Assembly (NCBI GenBank): GCA_964016885.1
Contig: OZ024747.1
Span: 17,980,001 to 18,044,000, forward strand
Length of the DNA stretch: 64,000 bases
Reading direction: 5' to 3'
From: Eledone cirrhosa
Lineage: Eukaryota
Part shown: piece by piece, positions 45,606 through 59,700 of the stretch
Layout: the number at the start of each line of letters is the position of its first letter
How positions within the stretch are numbered: the first letter of the stretch is position 1
The notes under the pieces: generated by a model
Told to the model about the DNA's origin: nothing
Database searches by the model: none
Seen by the model: the letters and a program-made list of their open reading frames with translations, nothing else
Translations under genes and position numbers: made by a program

Positions 45606-46738
45606 CTAAAAATAATAATAATAAATGTTTCTATTATGGTATTTCAGTGGGCTTTAGAAATGCTTGATACCTATCTCATTTCCAAGCATCCAGTTTCTCA
45701 CTAAGTTTAGCCTGTCAGCAAAAGCAAGTATCAGGATGTGGCTGAAGAAGAGGAAGTCAAAGAAATCCTGGTCCTACAACATCAAAGATGAGCCCCTTCT
45801 ATGCATAACAGAAGATAGAGACCAGTGGTGACTGCTGACTGCAAAAATAACTCGAATAGCACCCTGACAATTGGCTACACAAGTGTTGCAGGAACTTCAT
45901 TGATGGAATTATTTCTAACATAGACACAGGCAGGGGGTGGTTAGTTAAATCTTGACTGGTTCTATATTCTGTTGACCTCAAAAAGACTAAAAATAAAACA
46001 AGGTTTGAACTCAGAAGGCATTTGATCTAATGATTCAACCTATCTACTGTTCTCTAAAAGAAAAATTATAATATTTTGTCAGATACAAGGACAGAAATTT
46101 GAGGGAGAGGTTAATCAATTAAGCCTTTCATTACCATATTTCTAATGAAAGACATTGCTTATGATTTTCAAATCATTTTGAAAATAATCAAGAATTTGGA
46201 AAGATTTTATAAAACTGGTGTTTAGACAAAACTTTGAGAAAGGTTATTACATAAAATTATGACTGAGGCTTTTTAGATAAATATAAACAGCTTAGTATTA
46301 TAGCATCAATAGCAGTTTGGTAACAAAGAACTCAACTGGTGCTATATTTTATCAACACTGGAAAGATGAAAGGGTGGTATTTGAACTCAGAATGTTATCA
46401 AGGACATAGAATTATGTTTTTATCTCTACTCAATATAATTTCACTGACATGTACCACTTTAGATATGCAAAAATATTACACATATTTTCCATTTGCTCAC
46501 CTTGAAAAAATATAGAGTATTTAGGCCCAGTCAAAAATCTAGGATCAAGATCAAGATCAATATTTTTAGCATGCATTGCAGAAAAAGTAATATAGAATTA
46601 AATGGACCCAACCCCCCACCATCAGTTTTGATGAGTATTTCAGTTGTTTGATCAACTGAAATACCTATTCTTTAAATTATAGTGTAAATGGCTGAGCATT
46701 CCACAGACAAAGTACCATTTATGAAAATGAAAACTTAC

Positions 46739-46842
46739 CACTGGAACACTATCATATAAAACTTTTGGATAAGATTCTGCTAGCATCTGGGTCTCTCGGT
46801 CCCATCGTGCACCATCAAGGTAAAGTCCATACACAAAAACAC
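46739..46842 (-). CDS. DNAH7: axonemal dynein heavy chain exon
   Basis: [17 protein letters not shown]...; AG/GT, phase-consistent. Confidence 0.9.
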
Positions 46843-47811
46843 CTGTGAAAATACATACATTACATCATCCTCACCATTGCCAAAAATATCATCACACCAG
46901 GCCTGTTGTCAAGCTTTGATGCTTGTCCTGGAGTGTGCATTAGGGTGTGCACTCTAATTGACAACAGAATCTATTTTTGTTCCTTGTCCTTGTTTTGAGA
47001 AGAGAATAAAGTCAGGGCTTCAAGGGATATATTTCAGGATGTTTTTTTTTTTTATAAACAGTATAATCTAAATATGAGGGAGCACTGTTGAAAAGTAGTG
47101 AAGTAGTGTCATCCAGACGATGGACCTACATTATACTTATCCTCAACTTGCACCTTTTAAAGTAATTATATTTGGGGTGAAACCCTTGTATTTTGCCCAG
47201 AAGTGTATCGCTATACCACATATATGCTGAATAAATCAGACTAGGGCTACTTAATAGTAGCCAACTCTCTTACAAACCACACCCCCCACCATCTTAGAGA
47301 CATACATGATAGATATTCTGATCCTGGGTTCTTTTCACATAGGAAAAACACAGGAAAGTCACAGCTGGAATGTCTTTGACCATAGGTCTTTTTGATCATC
47401 AGGTCTGATTTGAAGCTAACCAACAAGAATAATAGCTTCAACCCCAGTCCTTAACTGGTAGTGTTTTATCACCCCAAAAGGATGAAAGACAAAGTTGAAC
47501 TTGGCAGAATTTGAATGTAGAGAGCTGAAACAAATAGCATTAAACATTATAACTGGCATGCTAAGAATTCTGTCAATCCAAGATATCATCATAATTATTT
47601 ATCATCTATTTTCCATGCTTGCATGGATTAGATAGGTTATGTACTGAAGCCAGACCAATCATAGTGACAACATCCTACTGAAAAGCTTTGATTTAGTTTA
47701 GTTTCTGTGGCTGGATGTCCTTCCTAATACTAACCACTTTACAGCATATAATGGGAATATCAACAGCAGAATTTTATTTTTTAGTTATCAAGATCAGCTA
47801 AATTTCATTAC

Positions 47812-47989
47812 CATCAGCTGGAGGAGTACTGTATTCTTTGTCTTCTAATAATTCATAGTCAAACACTAACAAATCAATTGGTATTGTGAATTTCCTAGCA
47901 TAGTTTTGCTGTGCACCCGTCAGAAAAGCTTGTGTAAAATAAAAGCCAGACAACCAAAATACAGGTGGAGGACCATCTTCATACCAATC
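47812..47989 (-). CDS. DNAH7: axonemal dynein heavy chain exon
   Basis: [33 protein letters not shown]; AG/GT. Confidence 0.9.
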
Positions 47990-48485
47990 CTGAAATAACA
48001 GATGAAAGATTTCTAAAATGTTTATTCTTTTACTTGTTTTAGTCAGTGGAATGCAGCCATGCTAGGATTCCGCTTTTAGTGAATCATATCAAGCCAAGTA
48101 CTTATTCTTTTAACACTGGCACTTATTTTATCAACCTCTTTTTTGTCAAACTGCCATGTTACAGGACATAAACACATACATGATTGCACACACACGCATG
48201 CACACAACAAAGAAACAAGTGGGAGAGAAAACCTGCACACTCAATCACACTACACTGAGGCTTTCCTTTAATAATTTTTTAGGCAAGCCAACAAATTTGC
48301 AGCATTGCCATGGGTGATAGTGAGGCTAAGGTGCTGGATTAACCAAGCACCCTAATGGGCATCACCTGGTACCTCGGTAAGGTGAGCCGCCAATGATGAG
48401 AAAAACTTCATTGCCAGTGAACCAGCTCCCCCAAACATCCCAAATGGCACATGCTAGGAAAATAGTTTGCTGATAATTTATATAC

Positions 48486-48638
48486 CTGTAAAAATTTCAA
48501 TCTTGACATGAAATCTGAAATGTAACTTCCTAAAGGTTTCAGAGATGGATATGACTTGCTCATCCACATACCAGGGATTTTCCCTTTCAAAATACTCAAA
48601 ACCACAGCTTCCAGGTCACCTGACATCACTACTAAACC
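48486..48638 (-). CDS. DNAH7: axonemal dynein heavy chain exon
   Basis: [10 protein letters not shown]...[12 protein letters not shown]; AG/GT. Confidence 0.9.
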
Positions 48639-48761
48639 CTGAGGAAATATAAAATTAATAAATGAAACATTTAGGCAGGACTGTTAATAAATCACTTTAT
48701 ATTGAAACAATTTTTTATTGTAAAGACTTTATTAAATTGTCTAATTTAATGCCTCTACACC

Positions 48762-49225
48762 CAGAACACTCTATAAAGGGGTAGTGCTGGTTCCACAGTA
48801 AAATACACCCAGTCCACTCTGTAAATTGTAGTGCTGGTGATACAATAACATGCACCCAGTACACTCTGTAAAGTAATAATGCTAGTGCCACAATAAAATG
48901 CAGGAATTACATTTTGTAAAGAGATAGTGCTGACACCATGATAAAATGGACATAGTATACTCTGTAAAGTAGTAGTGATGGCACCAAAATAAAATGCACC
49001 CAGTACACTCTGTAAAGTGATATTATTGGTGCCATGTTAGAATGTACTCTATACACTCTTTAAGGTAGTTGATGTTGGAAAGGGCATCCAGCCGTAAAAA
49101 CCATGCCAAATATGGAATGTATGAGCAAGACTCAGTGTCACTGTCCCTGTACTGTTTAGTCTCGGACTGTGCCAATACAGCCAATCTATACAAGCATAGA
49201 AAGAAGACATAAAATAATGATGACA
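48762..49225 (+). mobile_element. SINE body with expanded ~48 bp internal tandem repeat (similar at ~56920-57255)
   Basis: CACCCAGTACACTCTGTAAAGTAGTAGTGCTGG unit ~6x then GGAAAGGGCATCCAGCCGTAAAAACC and RTE-like tail. Confidence 0.75.
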
Positions 49226-49634
49226 ATGATTATTTACCTTAATTAATATTATCATTATATATTAGGCACATGGGTTAGTGGTTAGAGCATTGGGCTTGCA
49301 ACCAGGAGGTTGTGAGATTCTCAAAAGAGGTGATGTGTTGTGTTCCTTGAGCAAGATACTTTATTTCACATTGCTCCAGTTTACTCAGCAGTAGAAATGA
49401 GTTGCGATGTCTCTGGTGCCAAGCTGTATCAGCCATTGTCTTTCCCTTGGTCAACATCGGTGGTGTGGAGAGAGGAGGCTGGTATAAATGGACAACTGCT
49501 AGTCTTCTACAAACAACTTTGCCCCAACTTGTGCTTTGGAAGGGAACTTTCTAGGTGCAAATCCCATGGTCATTCGTGACCGAAATGGTTCTTTACTCTT
49601 TACCCTTTTAACTTAATTAGATTGACATATTTAC

Positions 49635-49865
49635 CTTCATTGCTTTACGGATATTTTGGAGACTATCTCGAATGACACTGAGTAACTTATTGAATCTGAC
49701 CATTTCTTGCACCAACACTGTGTTCATACTTTGCTTGTAAGAAGTTGGATATTTGAAATTAGCCTCATCAATGTCAAAATTCTTTGGAAGCTTATTTAGA
49801 ATGTCTGCAGCAACTTCATCTATAATATCATCTGTTGATTTTCCACTATCAGAGGTAGATTTTGC
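49635..49865 (-). CDS. DNAH7: axonemal dynein heavy chain exon
   Basis: KYPTSYKQSMNTVLVQEMVRFNKLL; AG/GT. Confidence 0.9.
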
Positions 49866-50173
49866 CTGAAACATACACAGTAGATTGTCAAAGATAGTCA
49901 AATAAGCTTGATCAGGGAACTGTGCATGAATGGATGAAGCTATACTGTATATATAATGAAAATTATTGTGTACAGAGGCCTGCAAGATTAATCCTCGCTT
50001 CAGAAACCATACCAAATATGGAATGTATGAGGTTGCTCCAAACCACCTGGTCTCAGGCCATAACTAACCTCTACCAGTGTGGAAAGTGGGCATAAAATGA
50101 TGAAGATTGTGATATATACATATATATCATCATCATTTAACGTCCAACATCCACGCTAGCATGGGTTAGACAT

Positions 50174-50207
<34 letters not shown>

Positions 50208-51010
50208 GAAAGAAAAAAACAAAACTCATAGTCTTACAATAGAGATTAAAATGAAATTAAAAAATAAAAAACAAACAGAAAACATTTGAGCTGTTAAAAA
50301 AGGAGTTAGTGAAAAATGCAAATAAAACCTGTTAGAGATTAAATAAAGGCATATATTAAGACTTCGTAGGATTTGTTACAAATCATTAGTATATATTTAA
50401 TGTTTATTCTGTACAATATATGTAGCAGAGCTATACTCTACTTCTGATAGGCTGTTGAGTCAGATATAGAATCAGGAAGTAAGAAATAATTTATATTAAT
50501 CACTAGAATTTAATTAACTTTTTTCATGACCATATTTCTAATGAAATAAATACACTGCATTTTAATTAATTCATGAAGAATATGGGGAGGGATTTACTAA
50601 AATTATTAATTATTTCATTACTAAGATTAGGAATTTAACATATGGTTCTTATATAAAATTATATTGGGGGATTTAAATTTACATAAATACCCTTTAAAAT
50701 GAGTGGTTTTGTTTCATAGAACCAGAGCCAGTTTTGGCTGGGTTGGTATAAAAAATGTTAAAGATACAAGTAGTAGTTCACATTAGTAAGAGACCATTTA
50801 GTTAAACAACAACAACAACAATAAAAATACAATTTTTGAAAACATAAACACAAGTTATATTAGTGTAGAATATAAAGATAAAAATGGGCCTCAATCAGTT
50901 CCAATAATGAGAGTTCCACTTATTTGGTTAATGGAACAGCCTGCTTACTAAACCAAGATGTAAGTGGCTGTGTGTTCCACAGATACATGTACCCTTAACT
51001 TAATTCTTAA

Positions 51011-51221
51011 CCCTTTGGGATTTACATTACTTTATATATGCTATTGTATTTTTGTGGTAAAGGCTTTATATTACATAATTATCTCACATAATATCGAATC
51101 TATGAGATTTTGATGTTATTTATTTTGAGAACAATACCTTAACATAAGTATGAGCGACCAGATTGAACAGAAAGAGGTGAGAGAATTCTGGCTGTGTACG
51201 GTCAGTTTAAATGCTAAAGGG
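51011..51221. mobile_element. piggyBac-like MITE
   Basis: TTAA on both sides, CCCTTT/AAAGGG termini, matches 29140-29352. Confidence 0.8.
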
Positions 51222-52620
51222 TTAATGAGATTCAGCATAACACAGTTTGTGACAAGACTGGTCTTTTGAATTACAGATACAGTCCATCCAATAGACTTCC
51301 AAACAATTTCCATCTACCTAATTTTATTCACAAGGCTTGGACTGACACTAGCCCAATATGCCATGTAGTAGGATCAAACCAGGAACATCATGATTGCAAA
51401 GTGAACTTCTTAGGAATTCAGCCATATTGGATTTATCTATGTTAGTGTGCCCTGAGAAGAAATGTCAAACATTTTCAAGCAAGGCTATTCAATAGAGAAT
51501 TAGTTGTTGTTAGTTGCTAAGTTTGTTTTCAAATACAGTCTGCTTACCCGTTTCTGTGAAAGATGAAATCATGGACATTGGATTCCATGTCAGGAAGGTT
51601 TTCAATAAATTAACAGTAGAATAAATAATAGAAAGTTATACAAATGAATAGAATATCAAAATATCAATATCAATGTGTCTGTGAGTGTGTGCGTTATCAG
51701 TTTGCTTTTATTGTAGTATAATATGATATGAATAAATGTAACATCCTAATTCATGTATGGTCACATTTATGTGTTTCTTTGTCAATTAAATCTTCTAACC
51801 ACATACAAGCTAAGGGGCTGTGGGGTCTTACACTCCTCAAATAATTTGTTTCTATATACTTGTGCTTTGGGTTTTACTAGTGGTGGTGGGGATGGTGATG
51901 GGTGTGTGGGTTGGTGTGGTGATGATGATGATGAATTGCTGTCAATGAACACCTGCATGGAAAAATGGACATTAGATGATGATGATGATGATGATGATTA
52001 AAATGTTTCTGTAGATCAATTGTTATAGAGGAATTATTGATAAATTGTCATAGATCAATTGTTGTGAATGAATTAACCAATTGTAATTCACATATTTTTT
52101 GTTAAAACACTATTAAAATATTTAAATATTTCTTTTATTGAAAACTTCCAGTTTTCACACACTCAGCAGTTTAGCTTTCATGACTTTGCTAGGCTCTGTA
52201 CCACTTATAATAAAGGGAGGCCTCTATGTGGTCGACATACCTGCTAGAAACAGCAGCCAAATTTACTTCAATTCACACTCTACTGTCTTAAATAAAGGAA
52301 TGAGGTCACTTTGTATTAAACAGTTTTTTTATAACCTAATTATGAACAAAAGATAGGGTGGTAACAATACTGATTTACAAGCAACTCACAAAAACCTGCT
52401 CAAACTCTCTCATTCATTCAACCCATGCCAGCATGAGAAAAACAATGACGATAGCAATGGTGGTGGTGGCAATTATGGTCATGATCACCTACATGAGTCT
52501 AATGATGTGGGGGGGTGGGGGTGAATAGTGGTAGTGGTGGTGTTGGTGGTGGTGGTGGCGGTGACGGCTGCAGCAGCAGAAGCAGTGGTGGGGCTGACAA
52601 TGAAGATCATGATTACCTAC

Positions 52621-52758
52621 CTGAGTCAAAAGAATGTTATCAAACAATGACTGTGTTTCTGTCTGATCTTTTGTGATATCGGCATTTGCATTCATACCAA
52701 ATATTTCAGGTGCTGGATTCAAAGGTAGACTTTTTGTGTAAGTGATGTAGCTCTCATA
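52621..52758 (-). CDS. DNAH7: axonemal dynein heavy chain exon
   Basis: [32 protein letters not shown]; AG/GT. Confidence 0.9.
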
Positions 52759-52850
52759 CTGAAAATAATTGCAATTGAGAAAATAAATATATTGGAATAA
52801 AAAAAAGATAACATAAAAAAATGATGATGATAAATATAAGTTTCCCTTAC

Positions 52851-53039
52851 ATCCCCATCCTCTGGCGCTTTATATATCTGGCCTTCGTCATCAAAATAAT
52901 AATCCTCTCTGTAAATTATATCTATACAGTAGAATTTTTCAAGCAGGGTCAAGAGTGTTCTGCGATCCCATTCATCAGTGACACGGCCACCATAGTTACA
53001 TTCTCCAGTCAGATAGAGTAAGGCATCATATTGTACCTC
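52851..53039 (-). CDS. DNAH7: axonemal dynein heavy chain exon
   Basis: [24 protein letters not shown]; AG/GT. Confidence 0.9.
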
Positions 53040-53135
53040 CTAAAAATACAAGAAACATGGAATCAAGTAAGCCTCATGAACTTAAATATCTGTGATCATT
53101 TCACATTTGCTGCATCAGTTTATATATATATATAT

Positions 53136-53252
53136 ATAAACGGGAATCCTTAACTCCATTGTTTCATTTGACATATATGTATATATAAATATATATATAT
53201 ATATATATACATATATGTCAAATGAAACAATGGAGTTAAGGACTCCCGTTTA
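53136..53252. repeat. inverted repeat around a TA core
   Basis: ATAAACGGGAATCCTTAACTCCATTGTTTCATTTGACATATATG and its reverse complement. Confidence 0.9.
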
Positions 53253-53463
53253 TCCCTGTAATTTAACGAGCTCAAGGGAAAATGACCAGGCTCTTCAAAG
53301 TACAATATAGAGAGGAGAAAACATGAAAGACTGTGTTTTCAATTACAGGGGGTATAAGGCCACTAAAGTGAAAAACATAAAAACCTACAAAAGGTATGGG
53401 AAATACATTATAATTAAAAATATAAAAATTAAAATGAATTAACCCACCTTTATATATATATAT

Positions 53464-53757
53464 ATCATCATCATTTTACGTCCGCTTTTCCCTGCTTGCA
53501 AGGGTGGAACAGTAACTGATTCTGGCTTGATTTTCACAGCCGGATGCCCTTCCTAACACCAACCTCATTTACAGTGAGTGCCGGGTGCTTTTTTTTTTCC
53601 ATGGCACCTACACGTCCACTTTACAATTGAGTAAACTGGAGCAATGTGAAATAAAGTGTCTTGCTCAAGGAAACAACACATCACCCGGTCTGAGAATTGA
53701 ACTCACAACAACCTTTCGATTGCAAGGCCAATGCTCTAACCACTAAGCCATGTGCCT
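53464..53757 (-). mobile_element. tRNA-derived SINE with RTE-type tail (internal deletion)
   Basis: reverse complement of 13334-13669 lacking the central hairpin segment. Confidence 0.88.
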
Positions 53758-53843
53758 ATATATATATATATATATACAGTGGTATAACTGGGAAGTTATA
53801 TCCATAGTAGTAGAGCACTCAGTTCATTGGACAAGTTCGGTAG

Positions 53844-53952
53844 AAGTTAGTTCCACAACAGTTAATAAACCATTTTCAAGGATGTACATTTCACTTTGCA
53901 GGTTTTCAACTCGAGTCCTTGAAAATGGTTTATTAACTGCTGCGGAACTAAC

Positions 53953-53954
<2 letters not shown>
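53844..53954. repeat. inverted repeat, 39 bp arms, with hammerhead-like loop
   Basis: AAGTTAGTTCCACAACAGTTAATAAACCATTTTCAAGGA / TCCTTGAAAATGGTTTATTAACTGCTGCGGAACTAACTT. Confidence 0.9.
53876..53914 (-). ncRNA. candidate hammerhead variant with U3-A8 core
   Basis: UCGAG-UUGAAAA-CCUGCAAAGU-GAAA-UGUACA-UC/CUUGA; stem II weak. Confidence 0.45.
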
Positions 53955-53984
<30 letters not shown>

Positions 53985-55553
53985 TTTTACTTATGCCAAA
54001 ATCTTCACTGGGAGAATACAAGCTAGACAAACTAATATAAAAAAGTTTAAATCTATTGCCCAAATATGTCTGATTAATTATATATGGAGATCTGCCTCTG
54101 TACATTATTTCTAAAGCCCAGGAGATTTTTAAAGACATTTCTGTAGCTCTAGTTTTAAGATGTTACATAGATGAGGGGTAAATCTTCACTTGAATAAGAC
54201 TGCCACCTATTGCAAGTAACATTCCCAGAAGAGATCTATTCTCAATAGCCAGGTAAACTGAAGTATATAAAATTAAATTTACTGCACAAAAATACACTAT
54301 GAAATACCTTTACTGGAAATGAACTCAAAATCTATGAGCTGTACTCCATATACAAACACTTTTCCTGTATTGCCACATAGGACCTTGCATTTATATATAG
54401 TTACTTAGATATGTATAAAGTAGCTTACATCTATATATGAAGGATTGTGTTTACACAGTATTTTGCATCAGTAGATGATGAGGTCTGATATATGTAATAT
54501 GCATCAAACTAGGCAGTTTTCTCATTGAAATTCATTTCAGTATTTATTTCACTACTGCTGTGATCAATATGAATATAATTGAATTGATATTGATTTATCT
54601 TTATCAAATCTAATATCAATATTGTCCTCATTTATTGATCGCTTCATTTGATATTTAGAGATTCATCTGGGTTATAAGAATAAATTCCCCTTCCTTATTG
54701 TTAGAATTCACATAAATTAGCCTTCACAATTGTTTTAGAATTTGGGTCAAATTTCTCATAAAATAATTAGATTTTGTATGATGGCTGAACATGAAAGTAA
54801 TATGGTTGGAAATCAGGTGTAGCATTCATGCCTTTCATAAAAGGTAGCAGAAAGATAGATATATTAAACCAATGTAAAATAGAATACCACCTTAAACTAC
54901 AGAAACAATGGAGCCTCAAATGGTAAGAAATAGTAACCAAATCTCCCTTAAATTTAGCAACTTCTTTTTAAAAAGACATATTGAATACACCAAATGATAG
55001 GGTGGCCATGGCTTAAGTGCTTTTTATCGTAGGCTTGCTTGATCAGGGCTAATCTGGAGATAAACAATGCTACCTTATCCTATAACAACCTAATGAGGAA
55101 ACCACTATATAGTTGCATGACCTGCAAATCACAACCTTACCATCTTCAAAAGGAAACATTGGATAATGTAGTCTTAGATTGATAAGATTGTGTGTGAAAT
55201 GAAGCAGTCTTAGGGTATTGAGTTCATGATCATAAGGTCAGGGATTCAATCTCTGGACTAGATGGCATGTGGTATCCTTGAACAAAGCACTTCAGTTCAT
55301 CCTACTCTAGTCCACTCAGCTGAAAACGAATATCAGCAGCCACTGAGAATTAACAATGCAATGAACAGGCATCTTGTACTGTTAGTTGTTTAAAGCCATG
55401 TGAAACCAGAATAAACTCCAGTCTGATGAACCTCTAGGTTTGGGAGAGACTTTTAAAAAAAAAGATTAATTCGACTAATTGATCACTGCTGGAACACATT
55501 GGATCATAGATCTACTGAAATTAGAGTTGACCTGAGGCTAAACAACAACATTA

Positions 55554-55739
<186 letters not shown>

Positions 55740-56076
55740 TTATAAAGATGAATGTTTATTTATTTATTTACTTACTGTACAGCTACATTAGCTTCTTAAG
55801 ACAGCAAATTGGCAGGTTTGTTAGGGCATTGGATTAAAAATGCCTTGGTACTTGTTTCAGCTCATTGCACTTAAACTATTGATTCTTAATTTTTTTTTTG
55901 TTTCCACCATGTCCCACCATGACACCTAAAAAATGTGATACCTCCTTCAGTATCGAAATATGTGTAGCTAGTGTAAACTGTATTCTTGCTTTTTTCATTA
56001 ATTAATTGAAATAAAGTGTATTTCATTACAAAAATGATAATGAAAGGATTTTTAAAAATCTTAGAGATATACTCAC

Positions 56077-56277
56077 AGGATTAGATGAACCTTCAAAAAA
56101 TTCTTGATCAGATATTGGGTCACTAAGATAAGATCGTATAATGTTGGCTTTCAAGCCCTTTGGAGGTTCATTTGTCATTTTGACACCATTTTGCAAAATG
56201 GAAACTGGGAATGTTGTTGATGGATAACTTGTTAACCACAATCGGAAATCTGGATGAGTTCGGTCAGGATGAAATTC
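56077..56277 (-). CDS. DNAH7: axonemal dynein heavy chain exon
   Basis: [33 protein letters not shown]; AG/GT. Confidence 0.92.
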
Positions 56278-57369
56278 CTGGAAAATATTAAAAAAATATA
56301 AAACAATAATAAACTGAGATGATTCTCTGGTGTTGGTGCCATGATAAAATGACACTCTAAAGTGGTTAGTGTTAAGGTGAACATCCAGCCATAAAAACCA
56401 TGCCAAAAATTGGAATGTACGAATAAAACATGATGTTCTGACCCATTTAGGAGGGTAGCAACTCTGAATAAGAACTAACTTAGACTATAACAACCTGTCC
56501 AACCAATGCCAGCAAAGAAACTGAATATAAAATAATAATTGTTTCTACTTTTTGGCACAAGGCCAGCAATTACCCAGTACATTACAGGTACTTTATTTTA
56601 TTGACCCCGTAAGGATGAAAGGCAAAGTTAACCTCGGCGGGATTTGAACTCAGAACATTGAACTTTGAATATAAAATAATAATGATGATGATTATACATT
56701 ATGGCTGGAAAGAAATATGGAAAAATCATAGCTTTAATGCCTTTGATCTAGGTCTGTGGGATCAGGGTTGATCTGGAGCAAAACATCAGCAATAACAATG
56801 GCAACCTTTATAGTTATTATTGTTGTTGCTTTGTTTTTCACCAAGTCATCCCTTATTTAGCAGATTTATGATTAGAGACATTCCAGTCATGACCATCTCC
56901 TCTTTATTTTTTAAAACATTCTGTAGTGCTGGTGCCACAATATAAGGCACATAGTCCACCCTGAAAGGTGATAGAGCTGGTACAATGATAAAAAGTACCC
57001 AGTACATACTGTAAGGAGGTAGTGCTGGTTCCATGACAAAAAGCACCTAGTCTGAATTGTAAGGGAGTAGTGCTGGAGATGTGATAAAATGCTCCCAGTG
57101 CAAGCTGTAAAGTGGTTGGTATTAGGGAGGGCATCCAACCATAGGAACCAAGCCAAAATCAGAGCATATGAGTAAAACATAGTCAACTGAATAGTCTAGC
57201 CTCAGTCTAATTCATGCAATCATGGAAAATAGTCATTAAACAATGATGATGATGAAAAGGAGGAAGATGTTATTATATTTAGGACTACATTATCTAATAT
57301 GTTTGCTATTATTGTTGTATGGTAGGAATGTCAGTGTAGTTGAAAGTGCTTCAATTAATTTAGACATAC

Positions 57370-57531
57370 TTCACAGATTTTCTCTAATGTCGGCATCCAA
57401 GATGAAGCTAGATGGCAGTTCTGCAGCAGTACCCAAGAACCTTCTTTAACAGCATTTTCAACCATCTTTAATGCAATAGGTCCTTGACCCTGACCTAAAG
57501 ACAGCGAGTCGAATTTGGAACCACCAAAACC
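57370..57531 (-). CDS. DNAH7: axonemal dynein heavy chain exon (AAA6)
   Basis: [12 protein letters not shown]...[16 protein letters not shown]; AG/GT. Confidence 0.92.
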
Positions 57532-59137
57532 CTACAAGAGAAAAAATAATGATACATAAAATGTATTCTTTTACTGGTTTTAATCGTTAGAATGCAGCCA
57601 TGCTGAGGCACCACCTTGATTTAGTCGATCATATCAACCCCAGAACTGTTTTACAAGTCTGTTACTTATTTTATTGGTCCCTTCTTTGACAAACTGCTAA
57701 GATATGGGACATAAACTTTCACACGGACATGATATGGGACATAAACATTCATGCACACACACACATAGATATATGATGGGCTTCCACAGTTTTTGTCTAT
57801 CAAATTCTACCTGTAAGTCATTACTCAACCAAAGGTTATAGTAGAAGATATCCAAGGTGTCACACAGTGGGACTGAACTTGGAGCTACATGGTTGTGAAG
57901 TAAACTCCTTAACTACACAGCCATGCCAGTGCCTAGTTGCCAGGAGGCAGGAGCTGGTATATCTATGATTTTTGCAGGCCCCTCTCCTCTAAGACAAGTA
58001 ACACTGATGCTACTGATGTTCACCTTGAACATTTAGAAATTGAAGAATGCTGGAAAGATGTGAGCAAGAAAGAAATTTGATAATGTTGATAGAGAAGAGG
58101 AAAGAAATGAGCCTTATATTAGTTAAATGTGTCATGTGGATGTTGTTGTTATGGCTTGCACCCATGTAAGTATCAACAACTAATGTTCCAATCATTCAGC
58201 CAACAGAACGACTTACTAGTTAATCCTTAATGTATTGCATGAAATTGCATTAGCAAGCCATTCTTGGAGCAGTAAAAAACAACACTATGCCTGCATCATA
58301 TTAAAAATTCAAATCTTTACTCTATGAAGTAGTAAACTTTAGACATTTGAATTAACATAACAATTTTTTAGGTATATTCTGTTAAATTAATGTCTAAGTG
58401 GCTGAATATTATGTAGACACATGTACCATTAATGTGGTTTACTGGGAAACTCAGCATGACACATTTAACGTATGTTTTTGAAGTTTCTATGTTTGTTTTC
58501 AGAGCGTTTCTGTGGAATGTCAGAAACTGATATTATGATGGTAGTAGTCTTCAGAAAAAACAATGGAGAATAAATATGTCTATATGATAAGACAGTAAGC
58601 ATGCACATACACGTACACCAGGTCCCAAAACAGAGGAGCCAAACTCCCACTATCATCGCCGCCATCTCTCTCGCCCTCCCCATCTCTCATTATTATGAAC
58701 AAATGGGGTCTTACATGCTGGCCACCCCTCGGCCTTGGTGGACAGAATGGAGAAGGCATTTCCCTAGAGATTGGTAAGGGAGATGCACTGGAAGAGCCAT
58801 TCTATCTCACGAGGCTCACACTGGCGGCTCGCCAGCTCAGCACCTATGGTGGTAAGTAGGAAGGTAGCCCTAGGGCCAAGGACACCAGAAGTCTCCACTG
58901 TGTAACAATGCTTGCCTTTTTAATTATAGCACTGTCCATCAGACAGGCTTCCAAACAGTTATCATCTACCCAATTTTACTTCACAGGGCTTGGTCAAGTT
59001 AAAGCAATGACAAAAGACACTTGCCTAAGATGCCATGCATTAGAATTGAACCTAGAATCACCTGATAGTAAAGCAAACTTCTTTATCATTCTGCCTTCTT
59101 ATACCCACTAGAAATAATTATTAAAAAAAAAAATTAC

Positions 59138-59314
59138 CTGATCATCTGCAAACTTCAATAGCGATGCCATAGGATCAGCACCGGGGGATAAAATAAAAAG
59201 TAGTGGAGCACAGCAATTACTATCATTGAAAGCGTTTGGAAGATCGAATGGTGGTGGCTCAATATATTTCTTGCCAAGTTTCAAAGTAACAAAGTCTTGT
59301 ACAGCAGGAATCAT
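59138..59314 (-). CDS. DNAH7: axonemal dynein heavy chain exon
   Basis: IEPPPFDL...[12 protein letters not shown]; AG/GT. Confidence 0.92.
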
Positions 59315-59399
59315 CTGATAAAATAAAATCAGAAATATTTCAACTAGGAAATGAAAAATGTACCACAATCTTTAATATGTGAATGGTGAAGCATGGTCA

Positions 59400-59700
59400 A
59401 GCAGAGAGAAAAATTGATTATAAGAGGAATTAGATGTAGTGTGCAAGTATGGATATGTGATGTATATGGATGATGATTATTGGGTATATAAGTGCCAAGA
59501 AATTCCAGTAGAAAGTAGCAACACTAGAGGAAAATCAAGGAAGAAAACCTGGGCAAAAGTGGTGAGAGCTGATCTCAAATCACTGAAACTCACAGAGGAA
59601 ATGACAAAGGAATGCACTGAATTGAGGAATGCTGTGCTCGAAAAAACTTGTCCAACCCATGCATGCATGAAAAATCAGACATATGATGATGATGATGATG
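59400..59700 (+). mobile_element. degenerate RTE LINE 3' fragment
   Basis: KCQEIPVE...KKTWAKVVRADLKSLKLT, homologous to 21686-22036; (GAT)n tail. Confidence 0.85.

Noticed and set aside
55400-55445. GAAACC...CTGATGA
   Set aside because: Lies in a SINE tail; stems do not form a hammerhead.
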